Shown here: in pieces, positions 13,501 to 25,838 of the stretch
How the letters are laid out: each line of letters starts with the position of its first letter
Numbering within the stretch: position 1 is the stretch's first letter
Assembly: GCF_902652985.1 (NCBI RefSeq)
Contig: NC_047026.1
Span: 31,372,001-31,436,000, forward strand
Length of the DNA stretch: 64,000 nucleotides
Source of the DNA: Pecten maximus
Lineage: Eukaryota
Reading direction: 5' to 3'
Notes under the pieces: model-generated
Told to the model about the DNA's origin: nothing
Databases searched by the model: none
The model's input: only the letters and a program-made list of their open reading frames with translations
Position numbers and translations under genes: made by a program

Positions 13501-16500
13501 ATAATGTTTAATATTTTGTTATATATAATAATCAGTTGATAAAATAAAAACAAAGTAGTTTTTGCAAAGCTAATTGACAAATTAATTTACAATTAATCAA
13601 AACATCACGTTAACATGTGTAAAAATGATCTAAAATCAATGATATAGTATAATTGTTACCTAAATAATACTCGCTATACTGCTGATATTTTACAATACTT
13701 AAATGCTTTCCGCTCTGCTAACGTTGATAATGGAAAATACTTACTCTTCTAAATAAACGCCCTTGTCTCTACAGGTATCTGCAACAGAAATAATGTAAAA
13801 CTTGACACAACACACGTATGGATATGACACAATATCGACATAGGAGTATTACTTAGATGTACAAAATGGCATGATTGTCTCGTTTCAGTATAGATATAAT
13901 ATTTTTTCTATCTCAGATCGATTGTTGATTTATTTTATTTTATTTACAATGTATTATCTTTGTCCTCTCCTTCATGATATTCTACGATAACCTTCATCAG
14001 TTGTACAGGAGTGTATCATAGATTAGCGAAAGTATGATTTTGATGTTTGATATTTAGATTTGCTTTATTTATTAATAACATGTATAATTGAGAGATATAT
14101 TTACACAAATGTTATATATTCTCAACACGTATCAGTTATAAACGTATGTTTAACTTAATATATATGTTTATCATTAGCAGCAGTAATCCTACTGTAACAA
14201 AACTCTGTGTTTGTTTGTTAATTTGTGACTCAGTGTCATAAATACATTGAGCAAATCTGATTTTTTTATATTTAAACTGACTACATGTTTATGAGGAATG
14301 TGTTTAAATCACATTAAGAAAAAGAAGGTCATCACGCAACGCTATCAACTTTTTAACTAAAGTCAATTGACACAAAAATTGAGAACACAAACTAGGACGA
14401 AGAACACATATCCAACTAAGGCAGATCCGTCTCAATTATGAGTTACGTTACTGCATTTCCTATTTCATCGTGTTTAGACATATGTTCATCATTAAGTTTT
14501 TTTCTGTTACCAGTCCTTGTTTCTACATTACATTTTTTGCTGTAGGCAAAGCTAAACGTTTTATTCATACGACAACACGGGAGATATTTGCTTGACAAAA
14601 CCAATCCCCCATGGCCAGGCTATCCTACTGTGGCCTGCCACCATGGTACTTGGTCTTCCTTTATGTCAAACCAGTTACCAAACCATATCAAATACACACG
14701 ATCATATATTGATTTTAACTTGTGTTTTTTGTATCTACACGCCAAAACATTGATTTTATCTAGACTGTTAAGTATCAAATACAGACAGTAAATAGTTGTA
14801 ACAGCTACTCTTTAATCATACTATGTATCTACACAGTAATTTATGACGTGAATAGAATGTATTTGCACTCGTATATATCATCCACCCTCAACGTTACACA
14901 GCAAAACACGGCGCTTAGACACTTAACCTGACAATCGCTCCGTTATTGACTAAATGTCAATATCATGTGGAATAGTAAATAATAATAGTAATAATTAGAC
15001 AAAGAACAGTTCATATTTCTTGCAACATCAGTGGCACTATTGCTGTAGATCTATTTAATACTGATCAAAAGACCTTAGAATTATACTTATCTATGTTGAA
15101 CAAACTGACAAAGATGGCTGTACAACCTTGAAATTCAGAATATGTCAATGTCAAATCCCCTTTCAGCCACACAAAGAGGACGTCCAAGACAAAAACGGTA
15201 CCTTATCCATGGGACTTTCAAACATTATACGATATTGTAACATTACACGATCGGCAGGAATCGCCGAATCTTTGAGCCAACATGATCTTTAGGAATAACA
15301 AACTTCTTGTTATTCATGATCTGTATGATTATCACTAATTCCATGGATTGTTAATTACAATGTACATAATGGTACGTAATCGACAAATTTGAAGGTAGTG
15401 ATGTCTTACTTTTTAACTTACTATTACAAAATAGACGTAACTATTACTGTTTTATTTTCTCACACCAAAGCCATCGCGTACAACCGCTTATTGTTTGCAG
15501 GCTCGCCACAGTACATTGTACAATAGCGTTGAATCTGATTACTTACCGTACTCGAACTCGACAAAAGTTGTACTGTTGAGTTTTTTGTCATAATCTACGC
15601 AGCTGTACCAGCCCCGGTCCCCGGGTAACGCAGATCTGACCTCCAGGACGCTGATCACATAGTCGTCACTTCTCGTCTCTTTCACCGTATATCTATCTTT
15701 AAAACGTTCGAAAAAGTCCATGGATAGACTTAAATCGTAGGCGAGCTCCCTGACGAAATAGGATCTAGCATGACGGAAGAACCAGGAAAGACGCACGTCG
15801 ATCGGGGCCCGGCAGCTTAAAGTTATTGTTTGGAATGCTTTAAACGTTGTGGAACTTGTGTTTAGAAAATAGGACACTGAAAACAAACATAGTTTTTATA
15901 TACTTGATGAAACTATCATAAACATTGATTCGTACTTCATTCCCATTAATCTACTTAAGGCTTCTTACAGAAGCAACGTGTAAATCGTGAGTAGTTATTA
16001 CAGACACTTTGACCGCGTTACGAGTGACGTGTCTCAATATGGTTGGCATCACAATTATTGAAAACGCCTTGATAAAATATAAAGAGAAATCCTCAACTGT
16101 ATTTCATTCCCTGTGGTAATATGAAAGCTTACTGGAGATGCAGGCTGATCATGTCCGTGCCTTTATGATCGACACCATTATCTGATTCGGAAATATTTCA
16201 ATTCCTTGTACACAGACAAAATTCCTTCAAATAAAATTCACGTGAAATTTTATCATATAAAATTCACATGAAATTCACGTGAAATTCACATGATTTTTGA
16301 CCATGTGAAATTCCCGTTAATTTTGCCATGTGAAATTCACATGTAGGATTTTTGCCTGTGTAATTAAGCTATGGAGTCAGACGTGTTCGATGCTTGTAGA
16401 TATGCCGAGTGTTTCCGTTATCACAGCACTAGTTATCCTATTGAGAATGTGATATAATCCGGATTTGACCTAGATTTGTATGGCGGAGTCCATCGCTTAC

Positions 16501-19500
16501 CCTACCGGAGAACCTGGTGTTATTCTCTTTATGAATTTTGAAGGGTTCTTTATACAAATATTCATATTTTTCTCTCGTTTATCGAAATGAGCATTTAAGA
16601 ACCAAAAGACGCTATCATAAGCTGCAACCAATCGATACCTTTTTTCTTAATTTGATTTAAATATCTGCTGTCACCTTAAGGCGATTGAGTTAACAATAAC
16701 AAATTAATTACTTTTCGCCTTTTATACCAACCTATCAATGGTAATATTGACAGTTCGTTATTTGATGGATTATAAAACACTCTCCCTTGAAAAATAAAAA
16801 CCAATCGAACGTAAGACTGCTTGCAGGTAAAATTTCTGAAGGAAAATAGGCTTCTCGCTGCAGCCACTAAACCTTTAGAAACGGCATAGAAGTATGGCTA
16901 TTCTTTATTTTGATATTATTGATATTATTCTAGATATAGAGAAAATTAGCACGGGAAGACATTGGACGACTATCTGTCCGCTTTAATACTGCTAGGGGCG
17001 GATCCACACTTAGTAGTACATTAAAACGGTTGTATTCATTCGGACTAGGAAAGGTATTGTAATTATTGCAACAATGCAAATGCAATAAGGCATTTAAGAG
17101 GATTTTATACAGGAAAATATTCAACAGTCAGTTCTTCCTTTTAATCCATAACAGTTACCCATTTTCAGCCGATATTGCACCTTTGAAAGAACGATTTCCA
17201 AATTATGATTATGTTTGAATGTGATGTTGTTCAATTGTCATCAAAGAAACTCATATCTAAACAACAATCAAAGAAAATATTGTAAAACAATTTTAATATT
17301 TCGTGGTTATCTTATGAAAAATGTTCCCCAATTCATACTACTGTATAAATTATCATGCAACTCAGACTGTGGCAGCAGTATCCCACGAAAAAAGTGCTTA
17401 TAACAATAAAGAACATTATTAAAATTTAGTATAATATTCAAAACATCATAACTTTTCAAAGTCTTAGATGACTGGACCGAACTTGTGGTTGACTATATAA
17501 AGTGTACATGCATTTCCACAATATTGTTCTACATTATGTTCTACATTATGTCATTAACTGGATGTCCAGTCTTATTTATACTAACAAGCAACGACACGTC
17601 TCACTGAACAGAGAAAACTCAAAATGGACAAACGTAACATCTGGAATACCTCAAGGAACAGTGCTTGGAGCGATATTGTTTATGATGGGATGTTCTCTGA
17701 ACGCCAACAATTTTCTTCAAAAATAGGCAGGTGTTGTTTGAAGTAACAATAGGAAGAGAATCATATACTTTTCATATAATGTAAGCTGTCTTTTTCATCG
17801 GTATATTTACCTGAGCTTTACCTGATGTTTTACACAATTCAATTCCAAACTTCTAGTAAATAATAATTTTGTCTAAATTTGCTATTTATAGCACATTTTT
17901 GTCATAACATGTTCGAAACACTGAAAATATTTCCCGGTGTTTTGAAAAAAAAACACGACATTATAATCATGCGTATATGGAACAAAAATGAGAGGGACAT
18001 ATATGTCATTATGTTTTTATTTGACCTAACAGGACGTAAAACTCTATTAGAAGTGGAAGACATTGGGATATAGGAGTGATTATGGACAGAATTGACACTA
18101 TTGAAGATCAAATATGTACACAAGTAAAGAAAGCCAATTCTATGTTTGCAGATATAAGGCGATCCTTTCATTTTCTAAACGAACAATATTTTCCATTGAT
18201 GAGAATAAAACATTAATAAAAGTTCATCTTCCTTCAAATTTAACCATATCGATATGACTGAGGCCTAACAAAGGATAAACTGTGGAAACTCCTATTTTGT
18301 GAGCTACAGAAGAGTTAGAGGGAACAGGATTGATATGTTTGAAACAACAAGCATGATAACTGTGCAACATATTATATTATGATGTGTAAAGATTAATCCC
18401 TAAGACAAAGGATAAGAGGACATCCAATGGAAGGATCCCCACAATATCCTAGACAAGATATTCGAAAGAACTGTTTGCCTTGTGAATTGTAAGATTATGG
18501 AACAATCTTCCAAAACATGTTGTTTTATCATCGAGTGTAATTATCTTAAAAAATAGACCGGATAAGCATTGGAAGAACCAGAAACTCCTTTATGATTATA
18601 GATCTCAGATCAGTTTATTATCAAAGTAACGTCACATTTATATGCTATTAAATAATTAGACTTTGTCACAGTCCCAACTATATTTTGATATAAATATGTT
18701 GCTTGTACATTAATTTTGTAATATGGTAGAATTTCTATATATTTTAATGTGTAATTTATATTTAAAATTTAGTAATTATTTATCATTTGCCATAAATACG
18801 GATGCTCCGGATCCGGGTCCATAGCGAGGTAATTAATGGGAGAGAGACATTCGTGGGGTTAAACGGGCGGACCGTTTGTATGTTCTTGAAGGTGTACATG
18901 GGTTTTGCAAGAGCAAAATACAGTTTGCGGTGAAATAATGTTTCTTATACCCAATATGACATATGTTGCGTTTATATCTGAAGCGTAAACGTGTTATTTT
19001 CTTATCGTACTGCGTACCGATGAGTACAGTTCATAGGTCTGTAAATATAATCTTCATGACGCTCAAATTTGAAGTAAGTGAACGATGATATTTGATGTAA
19101 AGTATTATCTATGATTAGAAATGTTGCATTTGCCGTAGTTCATCACTTATTTGGTAGAATTGGCTAGTCTTACTAGTGTTTAACAGATATGTGTTTAGTT
19201 ATCGTATTAGCTCTTATGTAATATGCATAACTACACATGTATATGCAAATTTGGTTTATCTCTCGTTTTCCTTCGCAATATTAGTATTATATACGAGTAC
19301 ATCTGAATAGGTATTAAATAATGTGTCGTTTATATAAATATCTGCATGTCGATAGAAATGCGATGCAAACAAATACTAGATCATTATGGTATTTGCATAG
19401 TGCAGTAAGGATTATAGTTAGACATTCATATATATGCCGTTACAGTTCCAACCCATGATGGTGTGAGGGCAGATGTAACTTTATATAGACCTGTGTGGGC

Positions 19501-22500
19501 AACTGCATTGTCATATGTTCTGTGTTGGTAACTGCATTGCCGTATGTCCTGTGTGGGCAACTATATTCCCATATGTCCTGTGTGGGTAACTTTGAGCTGT
19601 CCTTTGTGGACAGATACATGTTCTTGACTGGAGCTGTAGGTGTACCAATTTCCTGTGTGGATATGACTATATGCCACGCCTGCCGTCATTGACAGATTGC
19701 CGGAAATAGACTATGTTATATCTGTGGATTGTAGACCAGCCAATTCAGAGTTGAGAGTGTATGTACGGTTGAGTGTAGACTAAAGGTTACACAAAGTGCA
19801 CTCCGAGTGCACTCCGTTTGGACTCCAGGTAAACTTGGAGTGCACTCCGAGTGCACTCCAAGTTTACCTGGAGTCCTATCAGGCTCCAATTCTACATGGG
19901 TCCACATGTATCACATGTACCTGTAACCAAGTACATACAGTATACTCATATACAGGTAGACTCATAAAACATGTTACAATAAGATATGCTATACTGTTTT
20001 ATCTTTTTTATATCTCATCTTATTATTTTGTTGGTTCATTTTTAGTTGGTTAATTAAGAATGCATCTAATATAATTGATTTTTTTTATTAGAGCCTGAAG
20101 TTGGTTCCGAGTTCCGAGTTCCGTTTAAGATATTCCATTGAAGAAAAAAAACGAACTGGGAATTAGTTTCCAAATTCCTTAAAGAAAAGATTCTACGTAC
20201 TTTATCTCATTACAAGACCATAATCTGAAAAGAAATGATATGTCAATGAGTGTAGGGACACTTATAAGTCAGGTATAAACTTTACGGACTTGGTCTTTGC
20301 TCCCAGTTCCGTTTAAAATAAATGAAACTAGAAACCATTTCCGAGTTCCGTTTAAGTAAAAACGGAACTGGGTCCGAGTTCCGTTTAACCAGTTCCGAGT
20401 TTCGTTTAAGTAAAACGGAACTCCAGTTCCGAGTTCCGTTTAACCAGTTTCGAGTTCCGTTTACCTGTGAAATATAGAAAATTATCAAGCTGATATTTTC
20501 ACTGCAGTAATGAGCAGTGAATATATAAGATTTTGCCGTGAAAATATAAGGTTTTGCCTGAACTGCTTTCGGCATGGGCGCAGTAATATCAGACGGACTG
20601 CGTTTATAATCATTAGGTATCCATATCCAACTAAACTGTTTACAAAAATAGTGGATGAAATATTGGGTTTTAGGAATCAATAAACACATATGTGTCTTTT
20701 TTATTTTATATATAATTTTTTCAAATGTGGAACTATATTTTGTAGTGTGCAAATATTTCAAAATGCGCACCTATCCCGATCAGCTGACTCGATCGGCTGT
20801 CTTTTCGACTGATTGGCTTAACTACATTCCAGTGGCAGGTTAAGGAAAGAAAATAATAAAAGCATTCTAAGGCCTCATTCGAAATGTAATAAAAAGAAAA
20901 TTTAATGGTTAGACGTTCAATATCAAATATATTTCACTCGTATGACAGATTGTTCTCGTTATTTGCATACAACAAGTATGCCATACCCGTGAAATATATT
21001 TGATATTACACGGCAAACCATTGAAAATCCTCTATATACAAATTGTTTATGTAACTTATTTGATAGAGCTACCCTAATAGGAGCCGCGGTGGCCGAGTGA
21101 TTAAGGTGTACCGACATTTTATCACTAGCCCCCCACCTCTGGGTCGCGAGTTTGAAATCCACGTGGGGCAGTTGCCTGGTACTTCTCCGGGACTTTCCTC
21201 CACCTCCAGAACTTGGCACATCATTAAATGGCCATGGCTGTTAATAGGACGTTAAACAAAATAAACCAAGCTAAAGCTACCTTGTTAACCAACATCATAA
21301 ACGTCATCTTGAAAGTTTGAAATCGCGGATCGGATTCCCTGATGCGTGCTTCACTGACTTCCGGGCGCTACTGTGGATGGTGTGTTATCTCAAAATCAAA
21401 GCTCGTTCTTGATATCTTATAAATGCATCATATAAGATATTCTTTTTTTGTAAGATATGTTATATACGTCATGGGATATCTTTCACAATCAAACGCTTGT
21501 TCGATATTGTATTAATTGTTAAGATAAATGCAATATGGATGACAATAAACAGAATGACGCTTGTTATCGTTTAATTGTTATATGTACATTTGTATATTGA
21601 CTAAGGTTAATTAAACTCTGTCTTTCTGATATTGTCATCCATTTCCCAATACGTTCATTTGAATGAATAACATCTTTGAATCAAATTCATAGATATATAC
21701 AATATCTTATATTATTTAGTTAATTACTGGATCAACATTGCTCTACGAATAAATGATCACTTGTCTTGCTATCGAAATCCGTCGTTTTAATGGCAGTAGA
21801 TAATTAAACTTGTTCGTACGTGATAATAGGTCGTACGTAGTACGTCTGAAGGAATAGCATTACGATACAGATACAGTCTCTGTCAGTATAATGTGGTCGA
21901 GTAATGTGGCATTTAATGCAAAGTACTCTCAGACCAGATTGATCTATAACAAGGAGAAATATTCATGCTAAAAGCTGGACCATATCACTTATCAAGATAA
22001 TTACTTATCAAAACAATGATACCCCGTTCTCTCCGACGAGATGGTCGTATCCTGTTCGGTCTGAATAGTGTTACGATCTGTTGTAAACATAAGGCGGGCT
22101 ACAACGTATCTCTATAGAGTAAAAGAGGAGATCATTAATGAAGCTGGGCGCGGACAATTTAATTTTCACAACAAACAAATAACAATGATTAAATATCTAC
22201 CCTATCTTACATCAAACATCAGGCGGTCGGCACGATTGACGATACGGATTAGTCTACACATCTGAACTAATGGACACAGAAATAGCCCCGATAAGAATAA
22301 AGAAAAGTCGTGTAAATGCAGATTGCTTTTGTTGTTTTTGTTCATTTAGACCGCTAATGATTTAATATCAAGCCATGACATCCCATACCACCCAGTGTCA
22401 TTGAATTCAGGATCATTGATATCAGTCACCTGGGAATTAATCTAAACGAATGGATACCATAACACTTATACACTTCAGGTAATGAAACAGGCTACTCTCC

Positions 22501-25500
22501 AGGGTTAACGATAATGAACAATAAACACTTTACATTACGATATGGGCCGAACTTTAAAGGAAGCTGTCGAGCATATATTTTTCATGAAATATTCGAATAC
22601 CAAGTGTCCATTAACATCAAATAGTTATCACGAAGTTTGCAAAATTAAATATGTCCATTTGTTTGATTTGTTTTTATCCTGACCCCGACAATAGCGATGA
22701 TACACGTTTCAACATAATATTGAAAAATAGTATGGTCACCCTTAAGGTTTCCGGTAAATACAGTGTCAGGAGGATTTCAGACATGTCATTGTAATTGATT
22801 GGGTGCTGCAGTTCTTTAAAAGGTAATAGATATACACTCTGTGTGTTGAGTCTGATACTGTCATAACCCCTCTAACATTAGACTTTTCCTTTGATACAAA
22901 GCCTTATGCTAAGGATTAAATAGATCTACGTCATAGGCAAGTTATGTTTTTTATGAGCGATGGAGAAGTATTCTTGTAAAATGCTATCTTAATGTCTGAA
23001 ATAGTTTTATAGACAAGTTCTATGCGGTGGGGAAAATGTCACATTGTTTCAATACTCATATTAATCCACATATCTTATATTGTTATTAATAAAATACATC
23101 TTAATACTATCAAGGTCTATGGCCATGTTGGTATTTCATGAAACGTGTGAAGGCTCGCGGTGGTATACTATTAGTAAACTTATCATTAAGTTTTCATTGT
23201 TTCATGTTCACAAGACAATGTCATCAGTTATTGGATAATGTCATCAGTTATTGGATAATGTCATCAGTTATTGGTTAATGTCATCGGTTATTGGATAATG
23301 TCATTAGTAATTAGATAATGTCATCAGTGTTTTGGATAATGTCGTCGGTAATTAGATAATGCCATCGGTTATTGGTTAATTTCATCAGTAATTAGATAAT
23401 GCCATCGGTTATTGGATAATGTCATCAGTTATTATATAATGTCATCGGTTATTGGTTAATGTCATCGGTTATTGGATAATTTCATCAGTAATAAGATAAT
23501 GGCATCGGTTATTGGATAATTTCATCAGTAATTATATAATGTCATCGGTTATTGGAAAATGCCATCGGTTATTGGATAATTTCATCAGTAATTAGATAAT
23601 GTAATCGGTTATTGGATAATGTCATCAGTTATTGGATAATTTCATCAGTAATTAGATAATGGCATCGGTTATTGGAAAATGCCATCGGTTATTGGATAAT
23701 TTCATCAGTAATTAGATAATGTCATCGGTTATTGGATAATGTCATCAGTTATTAGATAATGTCATCGGTTATTGGATAATGTCATCAGTTATTAGATAAT
23801 GTCATCGGTTATTGGTTAATGTCATCGGTAATTAGATAATGTCATCAGTAATTAGATAATGTCATCGGTTATTCGATACCTATCTTATACAATATTGCAT
23901 GTCTACAATATTCTAAATAAGCAAGGGATGTAACTTTTGCATAACAGCAAATCTTTATAATTTGTTCAAGTTAATACAATTTTACCTGTTAAAACGACTA
24001 ATCTGTATAGTTTTAAAACGGAATTATTTTGTATAAAGGTTAATATCATGTAGGAGGAAAACAGAGAAAAAATGAGTTTACAAAAACAGCAAGATTACCG
24101 ACACAACAATGAAACCGTAACTCAGATACTACATCGATAAAACGAAGACAACATAACAACAGATATAGACTTTCATTGAGACTTATAAAAAAAAGGACAA
24201 TAAGACCATGTGGTCCGAAAGAGTAAGCGTCTTCTGATTTATCGACAACACCCTTCATACAGATCTAGGTCACGACGACACCCGCTATACAAATCTAGGT
24301 CACGACGACACCCGCTATACAGATCTAGGTCACGATGACACTCGCCATACAGATCTAGGTCACGACGACACTCGCCATACAGATCTAGGTCACGACGACA
24401 CTCGCCATACATATCTAGGTCACGACGACACCCTCCATACAGATCTAGGTCACGACGACACCCGCCATACAGATCTAGGTCACGGGGACACTCGCCATAC
24501 AGATCTAGGTCAAATCCTGGTTAAATCACAAAGTCAAATGAGAATGTAGGTGTGTGATGGCAACGAAAGCATGGGGCATATCAACAAGCATCGAACATGT
24601 CTGATGTTATATCACACGAAGAATTATGCTATTTACAAAATTACAAAATGATATCGTGATGGCGACAATCAAACTTGCCCGTTGTCTTCTTGTCATCTTT
24701 CTTTTATCTTCTCGCCTATAACCTGTAACCCTCTGGATTGTATCTGGACTGTTATCATTGTGATTATAGCTATAAACAGGTTTCTTTCTCCTGCTCTATA
24801 TCTACATAGACTCTAAGTTAGCTTATACGAAGTAATCGTCATGCTAAACTGCCTATAAATATGTTAGCGATATTGTGGGATATTATAAAATATCCCACAA
24901 TATCGCTAAGGTTTGACTTTGTTTGCATTTTTTAAGGTCATATCGGAACTCAAATCGTGAAACACAGATAACGGCAGTGTTAGGCCAGTTCATGACTCAT
25001 AAACGGTCATTAATGCAAAATTCGAACATATGAATTATATTTTAAACTGAAGATCATTACACTAATACTGCGAGACGAATGGGGTACTTGAGTGCGAGAC
25101 ATACTTCTAAAGTACATGTATGTAGCGTCTTGTTCATTTCTTTCCAATTTGTTAGCAGATTTAGGATTAACGGAATATTCAGTTGTTGCGGGACGAAACA
25201 GATATGCCATTTTTAATAAGCTGTCCTGAGTAAAACGATGTTTAGCAATGTGTAACAATGTAACATACTTTTAGGCAGTTTAGCATTAGTCTGCTCCTCA
25301 AAATGTCAGCGATCTGTTTTGGTAAAATACCCAAAGCACATTTACATATGTGTAACGTTAATCTTATCGTACTCATGAAAAATATAAACCGCCATGGAAC
25401 TAGTTATCGAAGTTATTTCTTTGTTACGGCGAATGCTTCTGGTATTTTGGGAATCGCGTATTCTGAACTATTAAGATTAGTTGCATCGGTATCTAAATTT

Positions 25501-25838
25501 TTGTATCCGTTTACTTATAGGAGGAATATCCTACCTTTCGCTGGACTGGGAGACGTGGAGTCTGTACTGGAAGGTCTCGTGCTCGTCGTGTCTATGAAGC
25601 TCTTGGTAGATGTATCAGAGGGCGTTGTGGTTAACAAACCTTTCAAGTCTCCGGTGGTCGTATCAGCTGGTAAAGTACCTTCCTTATTTACACCTGGGCC
25701 AGAAGTTAGGGAACTCTTGGGATCTTTAGTTGTTGTAAGCAAATCTACTGGAGTTGTGCCATTTTCATGAGTGTAAGTTACGCTCAAGACGATTACAATT
25801 ACACGTATTACAAGAAAGGCTGGTTTTCGGTATGCCAT
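5728..25838 (-). CDS. Partial gene (3' end outside window): signal peptide + mucin-like stalk + Ig domain + C-type lectin-like domain + LDLa repeats; possibly GRL101-like/LDLa receptor. join(25838-25535,15876-15547,13778-13745,11941-11796,11353-11275,10443-10283,8585-8442,7430-7317,5853-5728)
   Basis: Nine GT-AG-bounded exons whose phases chain with no stop (1438 nt, about 479 aa). Domain motifs are recognisable. The link from exon 1 to the Ig exon (9.7-kb intron) is phase-compatible but less certain. Confidence 0.8.
5841..5995. repeat. 57-bp triplication spanning the splice acceptor of the LDLa-3 exon
   Basis: CACAGAGGGTAGACTGTATTAG recurs at 5841, 5898 and 5955. Confidence 0.92.
6005..7243. 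repeat. 19-bp minisatellite (GAGATGGTAGACTATTACA)n, intronic
   Basis: About 65 tandem units that fill most of the intron between LDLa exons 2 and 3. Confidence 0.97.
7317..7430 (-). CDS. Exon: LDLa module 2 ([38 protein letters not shown])
   Basis: TTTCCTACAG acceptor, GTATGT donor, phase 1-1, 114 nt; DCADGSDE motif. Confidence 0.95.
8442..8585 (-). CDS. Exon: LDLa module 1 with 4 Cys ([48 protein letters not shown])
   Basis: TTTCACAG acceptor, GTATGC donor, phase 1-1, 144 nt; DCxDxSDE motif. Confidence 0.93.
10283..10443 (-). CDS. Exon: C-terminal part of C-type lectin-like domain ([13 protein letters not shown]...[20 protein letters not shown])
   Basis: AAG acceptor (phase 2), GTATGG donor (phase 1); ends with the CTLD-like 'VACE'; phases match both neighbours. 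Confidence 0.8.
10543..10576 (+). repeat. Poly-G run (34 nt)
   Basis: Homopolymer directly visible, in an intron. Confidence 0.95.
11275..11353 (-). CDS. Exon: middle of C-type lectin-like domain ([27 protein letters not shown])
   Basis: TTTGACAG acceptor, GTATTA donor, phase 1-2; classic GL...F-x-W-S-D-G-T...W CTLD motif. Confidence 0.9.
11796..11941 (-). CDS. Exon: N-terminal part of C-type lectin-like domain ([48 protein letters not shown])
   Basis: TAG acceptor, GTGAGT donor, phase 2-1; C...C-x4-G-S-L-A-V-I pattern. Confidence 0.88.
12533..12738. repeat. Direct tandem duplication of about 100 bp (2 copies)
   Basis: TTATCAATTATACTGAACAAAA...GTAATTGGACATT occurs twice back to back. Confidence 0.85.
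13745..13778 (-). CDS. 34-nt micro-exon carrying the first Cys of the long-form CTLD ([12 protein letters not shown])
   Basis: TTTCTGTTGCAG acceptor, GTAAGT donor, phase 1-2; exactly bridges the Ig exon (phase 1) to the CTLD exon (phase 2). Confidence 0.85.
15547..15876 (-). CDS. Exon: immunoglobulin-like domain (ITLSC...LSWF...DRGWYSC)
   Basis: TTTTCAG acceptor, GTAAGT donor, phase 1-1, 330 nt; B-strand Cys, C-strand Trp and D-x-G-x-Y-x-C motif. Confidence 0.93.
16211..16360. mobile_element. 150-bp MITE with imperfect TIRs, TA flanks and internal AAATTCACATG repeats
   Basis: TA|CACAGACAAAATTCCTTCA ... TGTAGGATTTTTGCCTGTG|TA. Confidence 0.75.
16455..16535 (+). repeat. Single-unit copy of the interspersed repeat that seeds the 30-bp arrays at 24.2 kb and 35.2 kb (opposite orientation)
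   Basis: GGATTTGACCTAGATTTGTATGGCGG...CGCTTACCCTACCGGAGAACCTGGTGTTATT is the reverse complement of the array unit plus its flank. Confidence 0.7.
17555..18610 (+). mobile_element. Decayed CR1/L2-group LINE ORF2 fragments (RT domain and C-terminus)
   Basis: Translates to [19 protein letters not shown] (RT PQG motif), then [15 protein letters not shown] and [16 protein letters not shown]...[11 protein letters not shown]. Stops, frameshifts and an interruption at about 17690-18040. Confidence 0.85.
19490..19605. repeat. About 29-bp degenerate tandem repeat (CTGTGTGGGCAACTGCATTGCCATATGTC), about 4 copies
   Basis: Visible tandem units. Confidence 0.7.
19820..19876. repeat. Perfect 57-bp palindrome (28-bp arms, 1-nt spacer), probably a MITE remnant
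   Basis: GGACTCCAGGTAAACTTGGAGTGCACTC-C-GAGTGCACTCCAAGTTTACCTGGAGTCC. Confidence 0.9.
20100..20465. repeat. Cluster of CCGAGTTCCGTTT / AAACGGAACT direct and inverted motifs (probable non-autonomous DNA-transposon remnant)
   Basis: Motif repeated about 8 times in both orientations. Confidence 0.55.
21080..21268 (+). mobile_element. tRNA-derived SINE
   Basis: Pol III A box TGGCCGAGTGA, B-box-like GAGTTTGAAATCC, central TTCTCCGGG..TTTCCTCCACC core, and tail GGACGTTAAACAAAATAAACCAA. Confidence 0.85.
23217..23875. repeat. 20-bp minisatellite (AATGTCATCGGTTATTGGAT)n, about 33 copies
   Basis: Directly visible. Confidence 0.97.
24190..24520 (-). repeat. Interspersed repeat containing a 30-bp tandem array (CCATACAGATCTAGGTCACGACGACACCCG, about 9 units)
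   Basis: Same flank (AAAGGACAATAAGACCA.GTG.TCCGAAAGAGTAAGCGT.TTCTG) and same unit as at 35125-35640. Confidence 0.9.
24841..25286. mobile_element. Probable MITE bounded by 26-bp inverted repeats; contains a perfect 46-bp hairpin (24864-24909)
   Basis: ATGCTAAACTGCCTATAAATATGTTA ... TAACATACTTTTAGGCAGTTTAGCAT; no clear TSD. Confidence 0.55.
25535..25838 (-). CDS. First coding exon: signal peptide + Thr/Ser/Pro-rich mucin-like stalk ([30 protein letters not shown]...SPSPAK)
   Basis: ATG, basic n-region and hydrophobic h-region, T/S-rich tract, GTAGGA donor in phase 1 compatible with the Ig exon. Confidence 0.7.

Noticed and set aside
21080-21170. Possible tRNA gene
   Set aside because: A and B boxes are present but no full cloverleaf or acceptor stem, and it continues into a SINE core and tail.
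25303-25770. 155-aa plus-strand ORF
   Set aside because: Antisense shadow of the Thr/Ser-rich signal-peptide exon.
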